Shown here: one piece after another, positions 1 to 8,857 of the stretch | Position numbering within the stretch: position 1 is the first letter of the stretch | How the letters are laid out: each line of letters opens with the position of its first letter | NCBI GenBank assembly: GCA_025350265.1 | Contig: JANXYD010000418.1 | Coordinates: 1 to 45,287 of the forward strand | DNA: 45,287 nt | Origin: Hyphomicrobiaceae bacterium | Lineage (GTDB): Bacteria > Pseudomonadota > Alphaproteobacteria > Rhizobiales > Hyphomicrobiaceae | Direction of reading: 5' to 3' | Made by a program: the position numbers and the translations under genes | Notes under the pieces: generated by a model | Told to the model about the DNA's origin: nothing | Databases searched by the model: none | Seen by the model: only the letters and a program-made list of their open reading frames with translations

Positions 1-905
1 ATCACCTTCGAGCCGGCACCGCCGAAATCATAGCCGAGCGATGGGCCTTGCCAGTAGACGCGGCGGGTGCCGGCATCGCGAGTATAAAGCGTACCTTCGC
101 CGTAGCGCAGGCCGGCAATGAATGCACCACCGCCTTCCTCGCCGAGGATATAGCCGTTCGGCCGGCCTTGACGCTTGAAGGCATTCTCGACGATGTTGGC
201 TAGCCCCTGGCTCACCGAACCAAAAAAACCGTGGCCAGCGCTCATGATATCGTTGGAGGAATAAGTGCCATCGTCGCGCCGGTCACGGTCGTCTACGCGC
301 GGACCACGCCGATAGTCGTCATCGTCGGCGCGATCGGACGGAGCACCATACGGCTGGCCATAGCCTTGATTGGCGGCAACGGGGCCTTCGCGATAGGGGC
401 GCGGTTCCTCGGCGTAGCCGCGCGGCGCGGTAGGATAAGTATCAGCCGGCTGCGGGCCTGCGCGATAGGCGTCACTGCGGGAAACGGGCGGGGGCGGATA
501 GCTGTTAGGCGCGGGAACCGGTTGCAACGGCACGCGATCGTAGGACTCATAGGGTCGGGTGGGCTCGCCGTAACGTGGGGCATAGACATCGTTGGGGCCG
601 GCCTGAGCGATCGTCACGCCGCTCGAGCCCGGCGTTTCCGTGCGCTGCGTCAGTACACCCAAGCCAGCGCCGGGATCGGCTGGCTGGTAGGCGTCATTGC
701 GGCGCGGGCGGGACTGGCGCGGCTCTGGTGCAGGGCTATCCAGATAGGGGCGATCACTATCGCTCGATTGGGCGATAGCTGCCGGCGCTGCAGCCAATCC
801 GGCGGCGAGCGAGAACAGCGCTGCCATAACCAACGAGTGACGCCGGCAGATCGGCCGAGCCACCTGCACGATGCGGCGATCCCAATGGGCGCGAGCGTTC
901 AGCAT
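1..905 (-). CDS. DUF1134 (EipA-like) secreted protein; C-terminus runs off the left edge of the window
   Basis: Absent from the supplied ORF track because it has no in-window stop. Manual minus-strand translation from ATG 905 gives MLNARAHWDRRIVQVARPICRRHSLVMAALFSLAAGLAAAPAAIAQS (signal peptide). A Pro/Tyr/Asp-rich linker follows, then ...SAGHGFFGSVSQGLANIVENAFKRQGRPNGYILGEEGGGAFIAGLRYGEGTLYTRDAGTRRVYWQGPSLGYDFGGAGSKV, a pattern I recognise as DUF1134. Alternative start ATG 827. Confidence 0.7.
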   Translation of the reverse strand, partial: MLNARAHWDRRIVQVARPICRRHSLVMAALFSLAAGLAAAPAAIAQSSDSDRPYLDSPAPEPRQSRPRRNDAYQPADPGAGLGVLTQRTETPGSSGVTIAQAGPNDVYAPRYGEPTRPYESYDRVPLQPVPAPNSYPPPPVSRSDAYRAGPQPADTYPTAPRGYAEEPRPYREGPVAANQGYGQPYGAPSDRADDDDYRRGPRVDDRDRRDDGTYSSNDIMSAGHGFFGSVSQGLANIVENAFKRQGRPNGYILGEEGGGAFIAGLRYGEGTLYTRDAGTRRVYWQGPSLGYDFGGAGSKV

Positions 906-1019
906 TGTTATTTCCAGCCTTGAGCGCCGAGACTTGTCCCAGCGCGGATCCACGAACGACACGATACGAACCTAGTCGTACGACGAGTCTTTTGCGGAAG
1001 TGTTACCAAAGTGTGGCTG

Positions 1020-1047
1020 AAAAAAGGGAATTGCCCCGTTTCGGGGC
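1020..1047 (-). terminator. Possible Rho-independent terminator downstream of cysQ
   Basis: Minus-strand hairpin GCCCCG-AAA-CGGGGC (1033-1047) lies 34 nt after the cysQ stop. After a 7-nt spacer there is a U6 run (A-run 1020-1025 on the + strand). The spacer between stem and U-run is longer than ideal. Confidence 0.4.
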
Positions 1048-1080
1048 GCAGGTGGCGCGTCGGACGAACGCTGAAGCTGA

Positions 1081-1932
1081 TCAGAATTCCGGGCGCAGGG
1101 GTGCTTTGCCCCAGGCAACGAAATCTGGATTGAGAAAGCGCAGGGCGGAATGACCGTAGGTGAGATCGGCTCCATCGAGCGTGGTCACGCGCCCCCCCGC
1201 CGCCTGTAAAATTGCGTGACCGGCCGCCGTGTCCCATTCGCAGGTCGGGCCAAAGCGCGGGTAGATATCGGCATCGCCCTTGGCCAACGCGCAGAACTTC
1301 AGTGATGAACCGGCAGACGTGCGCCGTTCAATCCGGTATTGGCCGAGAAAGGCATCAGTGCTGGGCGAACCGTGCGACCGGCTTGCCACCGCCACCAACC
1401 CACGCGGCGGTGGTGGCCGCGAGGTGATCTTGACGCATGCGAGGTCGGCGAAGCAGCGGGCCGTGCTGGCGGGTGACAGGCGCGCCTCGACGACATGCGT
1501 TGCCCCCAACGTAGCGTACAACAGATCGAGTGCCGGTGCGTAGATCAGCCCAAAGCGCGGCGCGCCGTGGCTGACAAGCGCGATGTTGATCGTAAACTCT
1601 GGGCGATCGGCGACGAACTCGCGCGTGCCATCGAGCGGGTCGACGAGAAAGAATTGCGGCGTCGGCCTGTGCCGCAGATCTGGACTGTCGCCGGCCGCGA
1701 CTGCCTCCTCGGCAACGACGGGAACTCCAGGAGTGATGCGGGCAAGCGCTGACAGGATGACGGCTTCTGATTCCTGATCGGCCACGGTCACGGGCGAGGC
1801 GTCGGCCTTGGCCTGCACGGGCGTGCCGACACGAAAATAGCGCATCTGGATGCGCGCCGCCTCCAGCACCACAGGCAAAAGCTGGTCAGCGAGCGCCGCA
1901 TGGTTCGGCGATTGTGTGAGTTGTGCCGGCAT
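1081..1932 (-). CDS. cysQ: 3'(2'),5'-bisphosphate nucleotidase / inositol monophosphatase family (CysQ)
   Basis: Lies within ORF 1081..2019. Family motifs FLVDPLDGTREF and CEWDTAAGHAIL are present. I chose the start at ATG 1932 (MPAQLTQ...), preceded by AAGGTGG 6 nt upstream; the longer ORF start has no such support. Confidence 0.85.
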   Translation of the reverse strand: MPAQLTQSPNHAALADQLLPVVLEAARIQMRYFRVGTPVQAKADASPVTVADQESEAVILSALARITPGVPVVAEEAVAAGDSPDLRHRPTPQFFLVDPLDGTREFVADRPEFTINIALVSHGAPRFGLIYAPALDLLYATLGATHVVEARLSPASTARCFADLACVKITSRPPPPRGLVAVASRSHGSPSTDAFLGQYRIERRTSAGSSLKFCALAKGDADIYPRFGPTCEWDTAAGHAILQAAGGRVTTLDGADLTYGHSALRFLNPDFVAWGKAPLRPEF

Positions 1933-2215
1933 TGTCGCCACCTTGAACGCCAGAGCAATCGTGTCCGATCTTGACGACCTGTTAATCTGTTGTGGCGAAA
2001 AAACAATGGGCAACCGCAATCGGTCGAATTGAGGTCGATCCGTGTTCGCATCACCCAGCTATGTCTTGGCAAAACGCACCCGAAGCAGTTATCACCAAAG
2101 CACACGACCTGCCGACGGCTTTTGACTGCCCACGTAAGCCAACGCATTCGGGTATCACAATAAAAACGAGCAGCACCGCGACGCTCAGAACCCGCCGCAC
2201 CTACGAGGGCAAGCC

Positions 2216-2857
2216 ATGAACCAACGCATCCAGCCGACCGATCTCGAACTCGCCGCGCTGATTTCCAGTAAGATCTGTCATGACGTCATCAACCCGGTGG
2301 GTGCGATCCACAACGGGCTCGAAATTCTCGACGAAGACAATAACGCCGACGCACAACGCTATGCGCTTGAAATGATTCGCAACGTCACGGCACAAGCCTC
2401 CGCGCGGCTGCAATTTGCCCGCTTCGCTTTCGGTGCCGCCGGTTCGGCCGGCTCGATGATCGATCTCGGCATGGCGTCGCAGGTCAGCCAAGGCTACGTC
2501 GGCACCGGCAAGCACAAGCTGGTATGGCCGAACGCCTGCGGACTGATGACCAAGGACCGCGTCAAGTTGCTGCTCAACCTGATTTCGTCGGCCATCACCG
2601 CGCTGCCGCGCGGCGGCGAGATCGCCATCGCTGTGACCGGCACGTTGGACAATCCGGCGTTCGCCCTGAAATGTCGCGGCACCAATGCGCGCCCGCCGCA
2701 GTATCTGTGCGATTTCCTGGCCGGCAATCCTCCGGCGATCGATTCGCTGACCATCCAGGCCTATTACACCGCGCGCCTCGCTACGACCGTCGGCATGCGG
2801 CTTGAAATCGTCAAAGAGGGTGCCGACATCGTGCTCTGTGCACGGGCTGCGGCGTAA
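2216..2857 (+). CDS. chpT: Histidine phosphotransferase ChpT (CckA-ChpT-CtrA phosphorelay)
   Basis: 213 aa. The N-terminal LAALISSKICHDVINPVGAIHNGLEIL carries the phospho-accepting His in the characteristic ChpT context. Size and alphaproteobacterial setting fit. Confidence 0.85.
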   Translation: MNQRIQPTDLELAALISSKICHDVINPVGAIHNGLEILDEDNNADAQRYALEMIRNVTAQASARLQFARFAFGAAGSAGSMIDLGMASQVSQGYVGTGKHKLVWPNACGLMTKDRVKLLLNLISSAITALPRGGEIAIAVTGTLDNPAFALKCRGTNARPPQYLCDFLAGNPPAIDSLTIQAYYTARLATTVGMRLEIVKEGADIVLCARAAA

Positions 2858-2964
2858 CACTCTCACATCGTCGCGACCATCGCTGCGCACGGCTGAGCCA
2901 AGACCGACAAGCACAAGCCAATCCCACCGCGCCTCCCACACTCTCGTCTTCCCGACCGCTGCGC

Positions 2965-3021
2965 CCTTCGCGCGGAGAGCCGGGATCTTGACCAGCCAAA
3001 TATCGGGCAAGATCCCGGCTC
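2965..3021. repeat. REP-like palindromic element (full hairpin copy)
   Basis: Perfect 14-bp inverted repeat: GAGCCGGGATCTTG (2977-2990) and CAAGATCCCGGCTC (3008-3021), with a 17-nt loop. It sits between the convergent chpT and N-acetyltransferase genes. The left arm plus flank, CCTTCGCGCGGAGAGCCGGGATCTT (2965-2989), recurs identically at 10512-10536. Confidence 0.6.
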
Positions 3022-3056
3022 GCGCTCCGCTTGGCCGGGAGGACGACCGTCGTGGC

Positions 3057-3887
3057 CTAGCGGCCAAATAGCTCGTCGTGGCGGCGGCAGATTTTGGGCC
3101 ACAGGTTTGCGCATTCGGGTTCGCGTATTCCAAACAGCGTTGCAAGAGTGTCGGCGTAGGCCTCTGCCGACATTATGATCTCGTCTGCCGTGCCCTGCTC
3201 GGTGTTGGTCTTGAGTACACGCCCGACCATCGCGACGATGGCGTTCGGCTTGTGGAGAACGCAGATCGCGTTTTGCACGAAGCGCGACTCGGGGCTCGTC
3301 TGCTGCCATTGGCAGCGTTGCTGGAGCACTGCCCAATCGGCAGGCTGGTGCTGAAAATCGAATGAAGGCGCAAAGGCGTGTTTGTCATTGTGCAAGCGCC
3401 ACCATCCGTCGGCAAGCCGCTCGAGCCGAAATGTTCGCCACCCGTGCCGATAGCTGCCTTCACGCAGTGGAATGGGCTCGGCAGGCCCGTCGCCGAGGCC
3501 GACGTCCACTAGATAGGGCTCGTCAAGTTCGACAGCGAGAATGAGATGATTGCCGATAGCAGATGCTCCCCGCTCGGCTCGCATCACCGCGCCCGTCAAG
3601 CTCATCACGCGAAAACCGATCGCCTGCAGCACGGCGCCGAACAATCCATTCATTTCGTAACACCAACCGCCGCGACCGGCCGAGACCAACTTGGCATAGG
3701 CGTCCTGCGGGTCGAGCGTCACCGTCCGCTGCAACTGCACGTCCAGGTTCTCGTAAGGAATATGCGCGAGGTGGGCACGCTGCAATTCGCGCAGCGTTGC
3801 AAGATCGGCTGTCAGAATGCCGACAAAGCCGATGCGCCGAAAATATGGATCTGTCTCCACGTGATTTTCTGTCCTAGAAGCATGCAC
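3057..3887 (-). CDS. Arylamine N-acetyltransferase (NAT family)
   Basis: Catalytic-triad contexts are present: GRGGWCYEMNGLF (Cys), IGNHLILAV (His), YLVDVGLGDG (Asp). N-terminal PYFRRIGF...L..L..AHL..IPYENLDV is typical of NATs. The track start at 3887 is GTG. An in-frame GTG at 3860 (METDPYFRRIGF) is an equally plausible start. Confidence 0.8.
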   Translation of the reverse strand: MHASRTENHVETDPYFRRIGFVGILTADLATLRELQRAHLAHIPYENLDVQLQRTVTLDPQDAYAKLVSAGRGGWCYEMNGLFGAVLQAIGFRVMSLTGAVMRAERGASAIGNHLILAVELDEPYLVDVGLGDGPAEPIPLREGSYRHGWRTFRLERLADGWWRLHNDKHAFAPSFDFQHQPADWAVLQQRCQWQQTSPESRFVQNAICVLHKPNAIVAMVGRVLKTNTEQGTADEIIMSAEAYADTLATLFGIREPECANLWPKICRRHDELFGR

Positions 3888-3928
3888 CAGCGCGCCGATG
3901 TACTGCTAAGGCAGCCTGCCCCCACCGG

Positions 3929-4981
3929 CTACCCAACCGCCGCGCGTAATGCCTTGGCCGCCGTCTCGATATCCGCCGCTTGCACATCCAAATGCGTCAC
4001 CGCGCGCAGCCGCGTTGGTCCCATCGCGCCGATGCGCACGCCATGGCGCAGACAGGCCTCCGAAATTTCCTTGGCCGATTTGCCGGTGCCGGTGGTGTCG
4101 AGGAACACCAGGTTGGTCGCGGTTTTCGCAAACATCAGCTTGATGCCTTTCACTGCGCCAGCCAAAACAGCGAACCGCTGCGCGTTGGCATGATCCTCGG
4201 CCAGTCGTTCCCAATTGTGGTCGAGCGCATAAAGCCCGGCGGCGGCCAGAATGCCGGATTGCCGGAGCGCGCCGCCGAGCCGGTGTTTCCAGCGCCACGC
4301 CTCGGCGATGAAGTCCTTGCTGCCGGCCAGCACGCCACCGATCGGGCAGCCGAGGCCCTTGGATAGGTCCAGCCAGGCGCTATCGAACGCCGCACACATT
4401 TTAGCAGCCGACACACCTGATGCGACCACCGCATTGGGCAGCCGCGCTCCGTCCATGTGCAGGATCAGTGCATGCGCCTGCGCTGCTTTGGCGACGTCGG
4501 CAATTTGCGCCTCGCTCCATACTGCCCCGCCGCCGAGGTTCTGCGTCTGCTCGATGGCGACCATGCGCGAGCGCGGCGAATGCCGCATCGTCGGATCGCG
4601 CACCGCTGCATGTACGGCGGCACCCGTAAAAATGCCCTGCTCATGGGGAACGCTGCGGCCCTGTGCACCGGCGATGGCCGCGCCGCCTGCCCCTTCGAAG
4701 GTGAACAGATGCGAATTGTCCGTCGCGATGATCTCGTCACCGGAGCGGCAGTGAACCGCGACTGCGATCTGGTTGCACATAGTACCAGACGGCAAAAACA
4801 TCGCCGCCTCCTTGCCTAACAGCGCCGCCACCCGCTCTTGCAGCGCATTCGTCGTCGGGTCTTCGCCGCGTTGCTCGTCGCCAACCTCTGCCTCGGCCAT
4901 CGCCTTGCGCATGCCAGGCGACGGCCGGGTCATGGTGTCGGAGAACAGGTCGATGAAAGCGCGAGGGTGGGCCGTGGACAT
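3929..4981 (-). CDS. ltaE: Low-specificity L-threonine aldolase (PLP-dependent, beta-eliminating lyase family)
   Basis: Lies within ORF 3929..5302. From ATG 4981 the protein reads MSTAHPRAFIDLFSDTMTRPSPGMRKAMAEAEVGDEQRGEDPTTNALQ... The PLP-lysine context is DLSKGLGCPIGG. About 350 aa, typical for the family. The upstream 107 codons of the ORF look non-coding. Confidence 0.85.
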   Translation of the reverse strand: MSTAHPRAFIDLFSDTMTRPSPGMRKAMAEAEVGDEQRGEDPTTNALQERVAALLGKEAAMFLPSGTMCNQIAVAVHCRSGDEIIATDNSHLFTFEGAGGAAIAGAQGRSVPHEQGIFTGAAVHAAVRDPTMRHSPRSRMVAIEQTQNLGGGAVWSEAQIADVAKAAQAHALILHMDGARLPNAVVASGVSAAKMCAAFDSAWLDLSKGLGCPIGGVLAGSKDFIAEAWRWKHRLGGALRQSGILAAAGLYALDHNWERLAEDHANAQRFAVLAGAVKGIKLMFAKTATNLVFLDTTGTGKSAKEISEACLRHGVRIGAMGPTRLRAVTHLDVQAADIETAAKALRAAVG

Positions 4982-5156
4982 AGTGCGAATTCCGATCGCC
5001 AGGGTAGACACGAGTTGCACCATCCGAGCATGATAGCGTACCCAGCGCAATGTGGCCGCCCCTTTATCCGCACGACGCGGAAGCATTGTTTGCCCCCATA
5101 TCCGTGCAGCGCGGTTACATCGTCCCCCCCGTAAGACTTTTCCACCGGAGTTCGTC

Positions 5157-5942
5157 ATGCAGTTGACCAAAGACCTTACCGCCATCGTCACGGGCGGTGC
5201 TTCCGGCCTCGGCGGTGCAACGGCCGAAGCGCTCGCCGCGCGCGGCGTCAAGGTCGCCATCTTCGATCTCAACGAACAGGCGGGTGCGGCGCACGCGGCC
5301 AAGATCGGCGGCCGCTTCTACACTTGCGACGTCAGCAGCGAGGCCAGCATCGATACTGCGTTCGCCGCCGCTCGCCGCGATCTCGGGCCCGAGCGCATCC
5401 TGGTCAATTGCGCCGGCATCGGCACCTCAAAGCGCATCACGAAACGCAACAAGGAAACCGGCGCGTTTGAGCCGCACGACCTCGCCAGCTTTGCGCGCAC
5501 GATCCAGATCAATCTCGTTGGCACTTTCCTGATGATTTCGCGGGCGGCGGCCGGCATGCAGGCGCTTTCACCCATCACCGACGACGGCGAGCGCGGCGTC
5601 ATCATCAATACCGCGTCGGTGGCGGCGACCGACGGCCAGATCGGCCAAGTGGCGTATGCCGCGTCCAAGGGCGGCGTGCTCGGCATGACCTTGCCCATCG
5701 CCCGCGATCTCGCCCAGTCCGGCATCCGCGTCTGCACCATCATGCCCGGCCTGTTCAACACGCCGATGGTGGCGTCGCTGCCCGACGACGCCAAGCGCTC
5801 ACTGGCTGCGTCCGTTCCGTTCCCCGCGCGACTGGGCGCACCGGCTGAGTATGCAAGTCTTGCATGTCACATCTGCGAAAACAGCATGCTGAACGGTGAA
5901 AGCATTCGTCTGGACGGTGCAATCCGCATGGCACCCCGCTAA
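5157..5942 (+). CDS. Short-chain dehydrogenase/reductase, 3-hydroxyacyl-CoA dehydrogenase type-2-like
   Basis: Starts at ATG 5157 with GGAG 6 nt upstream. Cofactor motif TGGASGLG and catalytic YAASKGG are present. Overall pattern resembles HSD17B10/FadB2-type SDRs. Confidence 0.85.
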   Translation: MQLTKDLTAIVTGGASGLGGATAEALAARGVKVAIFDLNEQAGAAHAAKIGGRFYTCDVSSEASIDTAFAAARRDLGPERILVNCAGIGTSKRITKRNKETGAFEPHDLASFARTIQINLVGTFLMISRAAAGMQALSPITDDGERGVIINTASVAATDGQIGQVAYAASKGGVLGMTLPIARDLAQSGIRVCTIMPGLFNTPMVASLPDDAKRSLAASVPFPARLGAPAEYASLACHICENSMLNGESIRLDGAIRMAPR

Positions 5943-6136
5943 CTCCGGGATGCCCGCGCGCGACGGCGCTGCTTTAACCGGACGCGTACACCGTAACGTT
6001 CACCTCGTCGTGCGATCGCCAGTTGGCACGCGAGCCCAGCTCACGTAAGACGCGCGGAGTGTACGAGTTGCTTCAGCGACCCTGGGGGAGGGTGCGTTGA
6101 TTGTAACTTATGTAATTGCGTAACCGGACAATCCCC

Positions 6137-7369
6137 ATGCCACGACTGGATCAAAGGCTTGCCGACCTCTGGCTGAGCCGCTACCGCCTGCGAGCCGCCA
6201 CGCCGACCCTTTTTGCGACTGCCGCCATGACCATCCTCGGCCTGCTGATCGTCCTTGCACCGCAGCACCGTGCATCGCCGGTCATGGCGACGGTATCACC
6301 AAGCCGCGATGTTGCGCGACCCGCGCTGCCATCGGCGACGGTCTGGCTCAATCGCCCGGCGGGGAGCTGGGTGCCGACCGAAAGCGAGTGGGGACAGCAA
6401 CTGAGTAGCCCGTCCTATTGGGCCGATCGCAGATCCAAAAGCAACAGTGCCTCGACATCATCAGCTTCCGAACGCAGCGGGCTGACAAGTGCCACGGCTC
6501 CATGGAGCTGGCCGCGATCAGATCACTTGAGCATGCCCATGCGCCCCCAACGCGGCTTTGACAGCGACGATGCGACAGCCGGCGACGAAGGCAGCGGAAA
6601 AACCTACCGCACCATGTGCGTGCGCCTGTGTGACGGCTATTACTGGCCCATCAACTACGCCGTCACCAAGGACAAGTTCGCCGATGACGCGTCGACCTGC
6701 GCCCGCACCTGCGGCGGGCCGGGCGACGCCAAGCTGTTCAGCTACCGCAATCCCGGCGGCGAGATCGACGATATGGAGGACAGCGACGGGCGCGCCTACA
6801 AAAAGTTGCAGACGGCGTTTCTCTTCAAAACCAAGTACGAGCCGTCGTGCAAGTGTCGCGCCCACCCTTGGGAAGAAACCTCGGCCGACAGGCACAAGGC
6901 TTATGCCCTCGTGCAGCAGGCGCAGAAGGGCAATAAGGCAGCCAGCGTCGAGTTGAAGGAATTGCGCATCAAGCTGCAAGGCGTCGCCAAGGCCGCCGCC
7001 AAGCAGAAGGCCGCCGACGCCAAGGCTGCTGCCAAAAACAAATCGGCATCCGTTTCGCCCGTTAAATCCGCCGCTAGCGCGGCCGATACCCCGCCATCGA
7101 CTGCGCCAACCCCAACATCTCCGGCGGCGGCTCTCATCCCGCGCGGCGCGCCCCGGCGAACCGGTTATTTCAAGTCTGTTCCAGCAACGCGCGCCGCGCT
7201 CGCTTCCGAGCCGGCGTCCGCGCCGCTGCCGCCCTGGGCCGCAACCGCCGCCACCGCCAGCGTCGTCATCTTGCGCTATGGAGCAACGCCGCCGCGCGAG
7301 GTGCAGGTCCGCTCGACCTGGCGCGCCTCGCGTTCCGAACTCACCGACGGCCAACCCCTCCGCCGCTGA
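6137..7369 (+). CDS. DUF2865 domain protein (paralog 1), membrane-anchored or secreted
   Basis: Core sequence: YRTMCVRLCDGYYWPINYAVTKDKFADDASTCARTCGGPGDAKLFSYRNPGGEIDDMEDSDGRAYKKLQTAFLFKTKYEPSCKCRAHPWEE. Has an N-terminal hydrophobic segment and an Ala/Lys/Pro-rich C-terminal tail. The track start 6116 is TTG; the first ATG is 6137. Start uncertain. Confidence 0.75.
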   Translation: MPRLDQRLADLWLSRYRLRAATPTLFATAAMTILGLLIVLAPQHRASPVMATVSPSRDVARPALPSATVWLNRPAGSWVPTESEWGQQLSSPSYWADRRSKSNSASTSSASERSGLTSATAPWSWPRSDHLSMPMRPQRGFDSDDATAGDEGSGKTYRTMCVRLCDGYYWPINYAVTKDKFADDASTCARTCGGPGDAKLFSYRNPGGEIDDMEDSDGRAYKKLQTAFLFKTKYEPSCKCRAHPWEETSADRHKAYALVQQAQKGNKAASVELKELRIKLQGVAKAAAKQKAADAKAAAKNKSASVSPVKSAASAADTPPSTAPTPTSPAAALIPRGAPRRTGYFKSVPATRAALASEPASAPLPPWAATAATASVVILRYGATPPREVQVRSTWRASRSELTDGQPLRR

Positions 7370-7579
7370 TTTTTCCGCCTCGCCCAGGACACATCCTGGC
7401 CCGGATCAGACGTGCCAACCAATATGACACGACCGTTCAGAGAATTTTTGTAAAGTTCAAGCATAACCAATGCATTGGCCGCTCGTGGCTGGTGCGCGCC
7501 TTGCGGTCTGGCTCTGCCCCGGCCCCGCGATCGGACCGGCTGCGACGGGCACTTCGTTCACCGCTGCGGCCGGCACCCC

Positions 7580-8476
7580 ATGCAATTTCCATCTTTTCAG
7601 CCTACGGTCGGACCTTGCCGGTTGCTTCGAGCGGCCCGGCAGCTGGCGATTTCCATCGTGCTGCTGCAGCCCGCCCCGGCGATGGCGCAGGGCCTGCTCG
7701 ACCAGTTGTTCGGCATTGGTGCCGCCAAGCCCCAGCCGTCCATCGCCGTGCGCCCGCCGCAAGCACGTGGCAGCGCCACCGCCGCCGACATCTTTCCACA
7801 AGACCGGCTGCCGCCCACAGCCCCCAATGCCGGCGACGGCCAAGGCAGCACTTACCGCACCGTCTGCGTACGCCTGTGCGACGGCTTCTTCGTGCCCATG
7901 AGCTTCGCCACCCGGCGTGAAAATTTCCAACTCGATCAGGCCAAGTGCAGCGCCACCTGCGGCGGTGACGCGCGACTGTTCTTTCATCGCAACCCTGGTG
8001 CCGCGATCGAAGATGCCACTGACATGACCGGACACGCCTACAGCCGACTGCCCAACGCCTTCAAATTCCGCAAAACCCGTGTTGAGGGATGCGCCTGCCG
8101 GCCACCGCCCTGGTCCGAAACCGAATTAGCGCGTCATCAGAGTTACGCCGCCGCGTCCACCGTGCCGTTGCCTGCCTCCCCCGGACGCGCCGCCACGTCC
8201 ATCAAGCTGGCCGCCGCCGACCGCGCCCCAGCCAACCCGGCCAAACCGGTTGCTGCCACCCTTTCGCAAGCCGCCAAACTCACGTCGCGGACCCGCCAGC
8301 CACCCGCACAACCGAACGGCCAAATGGTCGCGCTGCCCCGCACTAAGCCGGCCGGCCCGTCGAAAACACTGGTTGCCGCACGGACCTCGAGCCCAGCCGG
8401 CGGCTTATTCGGTTTCGGACCCACGTCCGGTATGGGGCTGGGCACCAAACCCAAATACCTTTGGCCCGGCGATTGA
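7580..8476 (+). CDS. DUF2865 domain protein (paralog 2)
   Basis: Core sequence: YRTVCVRLCDGFFVPMSFATRRENFQLDQAKCSATCGGDARLFFHRNPGAAIEDATDMTGHAYSRLPNAFKFRKTRVEGCACRPPPWSE. It is collinear with paralog 1. I chose ATG 7580 (MQFPSFQ...LLQPAPAMAQG, signal-like). The ORF extends upstream to 7475. Confidence 0.75.
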   Translation: MQFPSFQPTVGPCRLLRAARQLAISIVLLQPAPAMAQGLLDQLFGIGAAKPQPSIAVRPPQARGSATAADIFPQDRLPPTAPNAGDGQGSTYRTVCVRLCDGFFVPMSFATRRENFQLDQAKCSATCGGDARLFFHRNPGAAIEDATDMTGHAYSRLPNAFKFRKTRVEGCACRPPPWSETELARHQSYAAASTVPLPASPGRAATSIKLAAADRAPANPAKPVAATLSQAAKLTSRTRQPPAQPNGQMVALPRTKPAGPSKTLVAARTSSPAGGLFGFGPTSGMGLGTKPKYLWPGD

Positions 8477-8478
8477 TT

Positions 8479-8784
8479 TCAGGGCTGCGCCGCAGCCGCA
8501 TCCATAAACCCAGCCAGTTCGAAATCCAGCGCCGTCAGTCCGCCGGCGTCGTGCGTCTGCAGCGTCACCTCGACCCGCGAATACACATTGAACCATTCGG
8601 GATGATGATTGATCTGCTCGGCCTTCAGCGCCACCCGGCTCATAAATCCGAACGCGGCGTTGAAATCGGCGAATTTGTAAGTCTTGCTGATCGCCTCACG
8701 GCCGTCCACCCGGTGCCACCCCTGCAGCCGCAATAAGCCCGCGCCAATTTCGCTATCGTCCAGACGTCTTGGTTTTATCGCCAT
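8479..8784 (-). CDS. phhB: 4a-hydroxytetrahydrobiopterin (pterin-4-alpha-carbinolamine) dehydratase
   Basis: Family pattern present: L..L.GW......I.K.Y.F.DF..AFGFM.RVAL.AE..NHHPEW.NVY..V.V.L.THD. ATG 8784 is preceded by GGAG 9 nt upstream. The ORF extends to 8814. Confidence 0.85.
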   Translation of the reverse strand: MAIKPRRLDDSEIGAGLLRLQGWHRVDGREAISKTYKFADFNAAFGFMSRVALKAEQINHHPEWFNVYSRVEVTLQTHDAGGLTALDFELAGFMDAAAAQP

Positions 8785-8857
8785 CGGCTTGTTCTCCACG
8801 GTGCAACGCGCCACTGTCGATCCATCGGCCCCGACGACACTGCGGCACGCGTCAGCT

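Noticed and set aside
231-923. A 230-aa plus-strand ORF, plus several shorter ORFs, at the left edge.
   Set aside because: They are antisense shadows of the DUF1134 gene, which the track omitted because it lacks an in-window stop. The minus-strand translation has a signal peptide and a recognisable conserved domain. The plus-strand ORF is Ala/Arg/Gly/Ile low-complexity sequence.
1981-1995. A possible CtrA half-site (TTAATCTGTTGTGGC) in the cysQ-chpT divergent promoter region.
   Set aside because: Only the first TTAA is present; the second half is TGGC rather than TTAAC. Several other TTAA-containing near-matches (23722-23737, 26454-26469, 35226-35241, 35264-35279) also fail the full consensus.
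2201-3145. A 314-aa minus-strand ORF overlapping chpT.
   Set aside because: It is antisense to a clearly identifiable ChpT, is Arg/Gly/Asp-rich, and runs through the REP-like hairpin. This is a typical high-GC shadow ORF.
6980-7140. Repetitive-looking GCC/AAG/GCN stretches here, at 10380-10425 and at 14650-14720, examined as possible tandem repeats or CRISPR-like arrays.
   Set aside because: They are in-frame low-complexity coding segments: Ala/Lys-rich and Pro/Ala-rich tails, and the Gly-rich YejB loop. They have no regular repeat-spacer periodicity. I saw no CRISPR array anywhere in the window.
6518-7354. A 278-aa minus-strand ORF inside DUF2865 paralog 1, and similar ORFs at 7457-8035 inside paralog 2.
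   Set aside because: They are Gly/Arg/Ala low-complexity reverse frames of the Ala/Lys/Pro-rich coding tails. No start-site support and no motifs.
7384-7399. A hairpin (CCAGGA-CACA-TCCTGG) just after DUF2865 paralog 1, considered as a terminator.
   Set aside because: Only 6 bp and no downstream U-run. Insufficient to call an intrinsic terminator.
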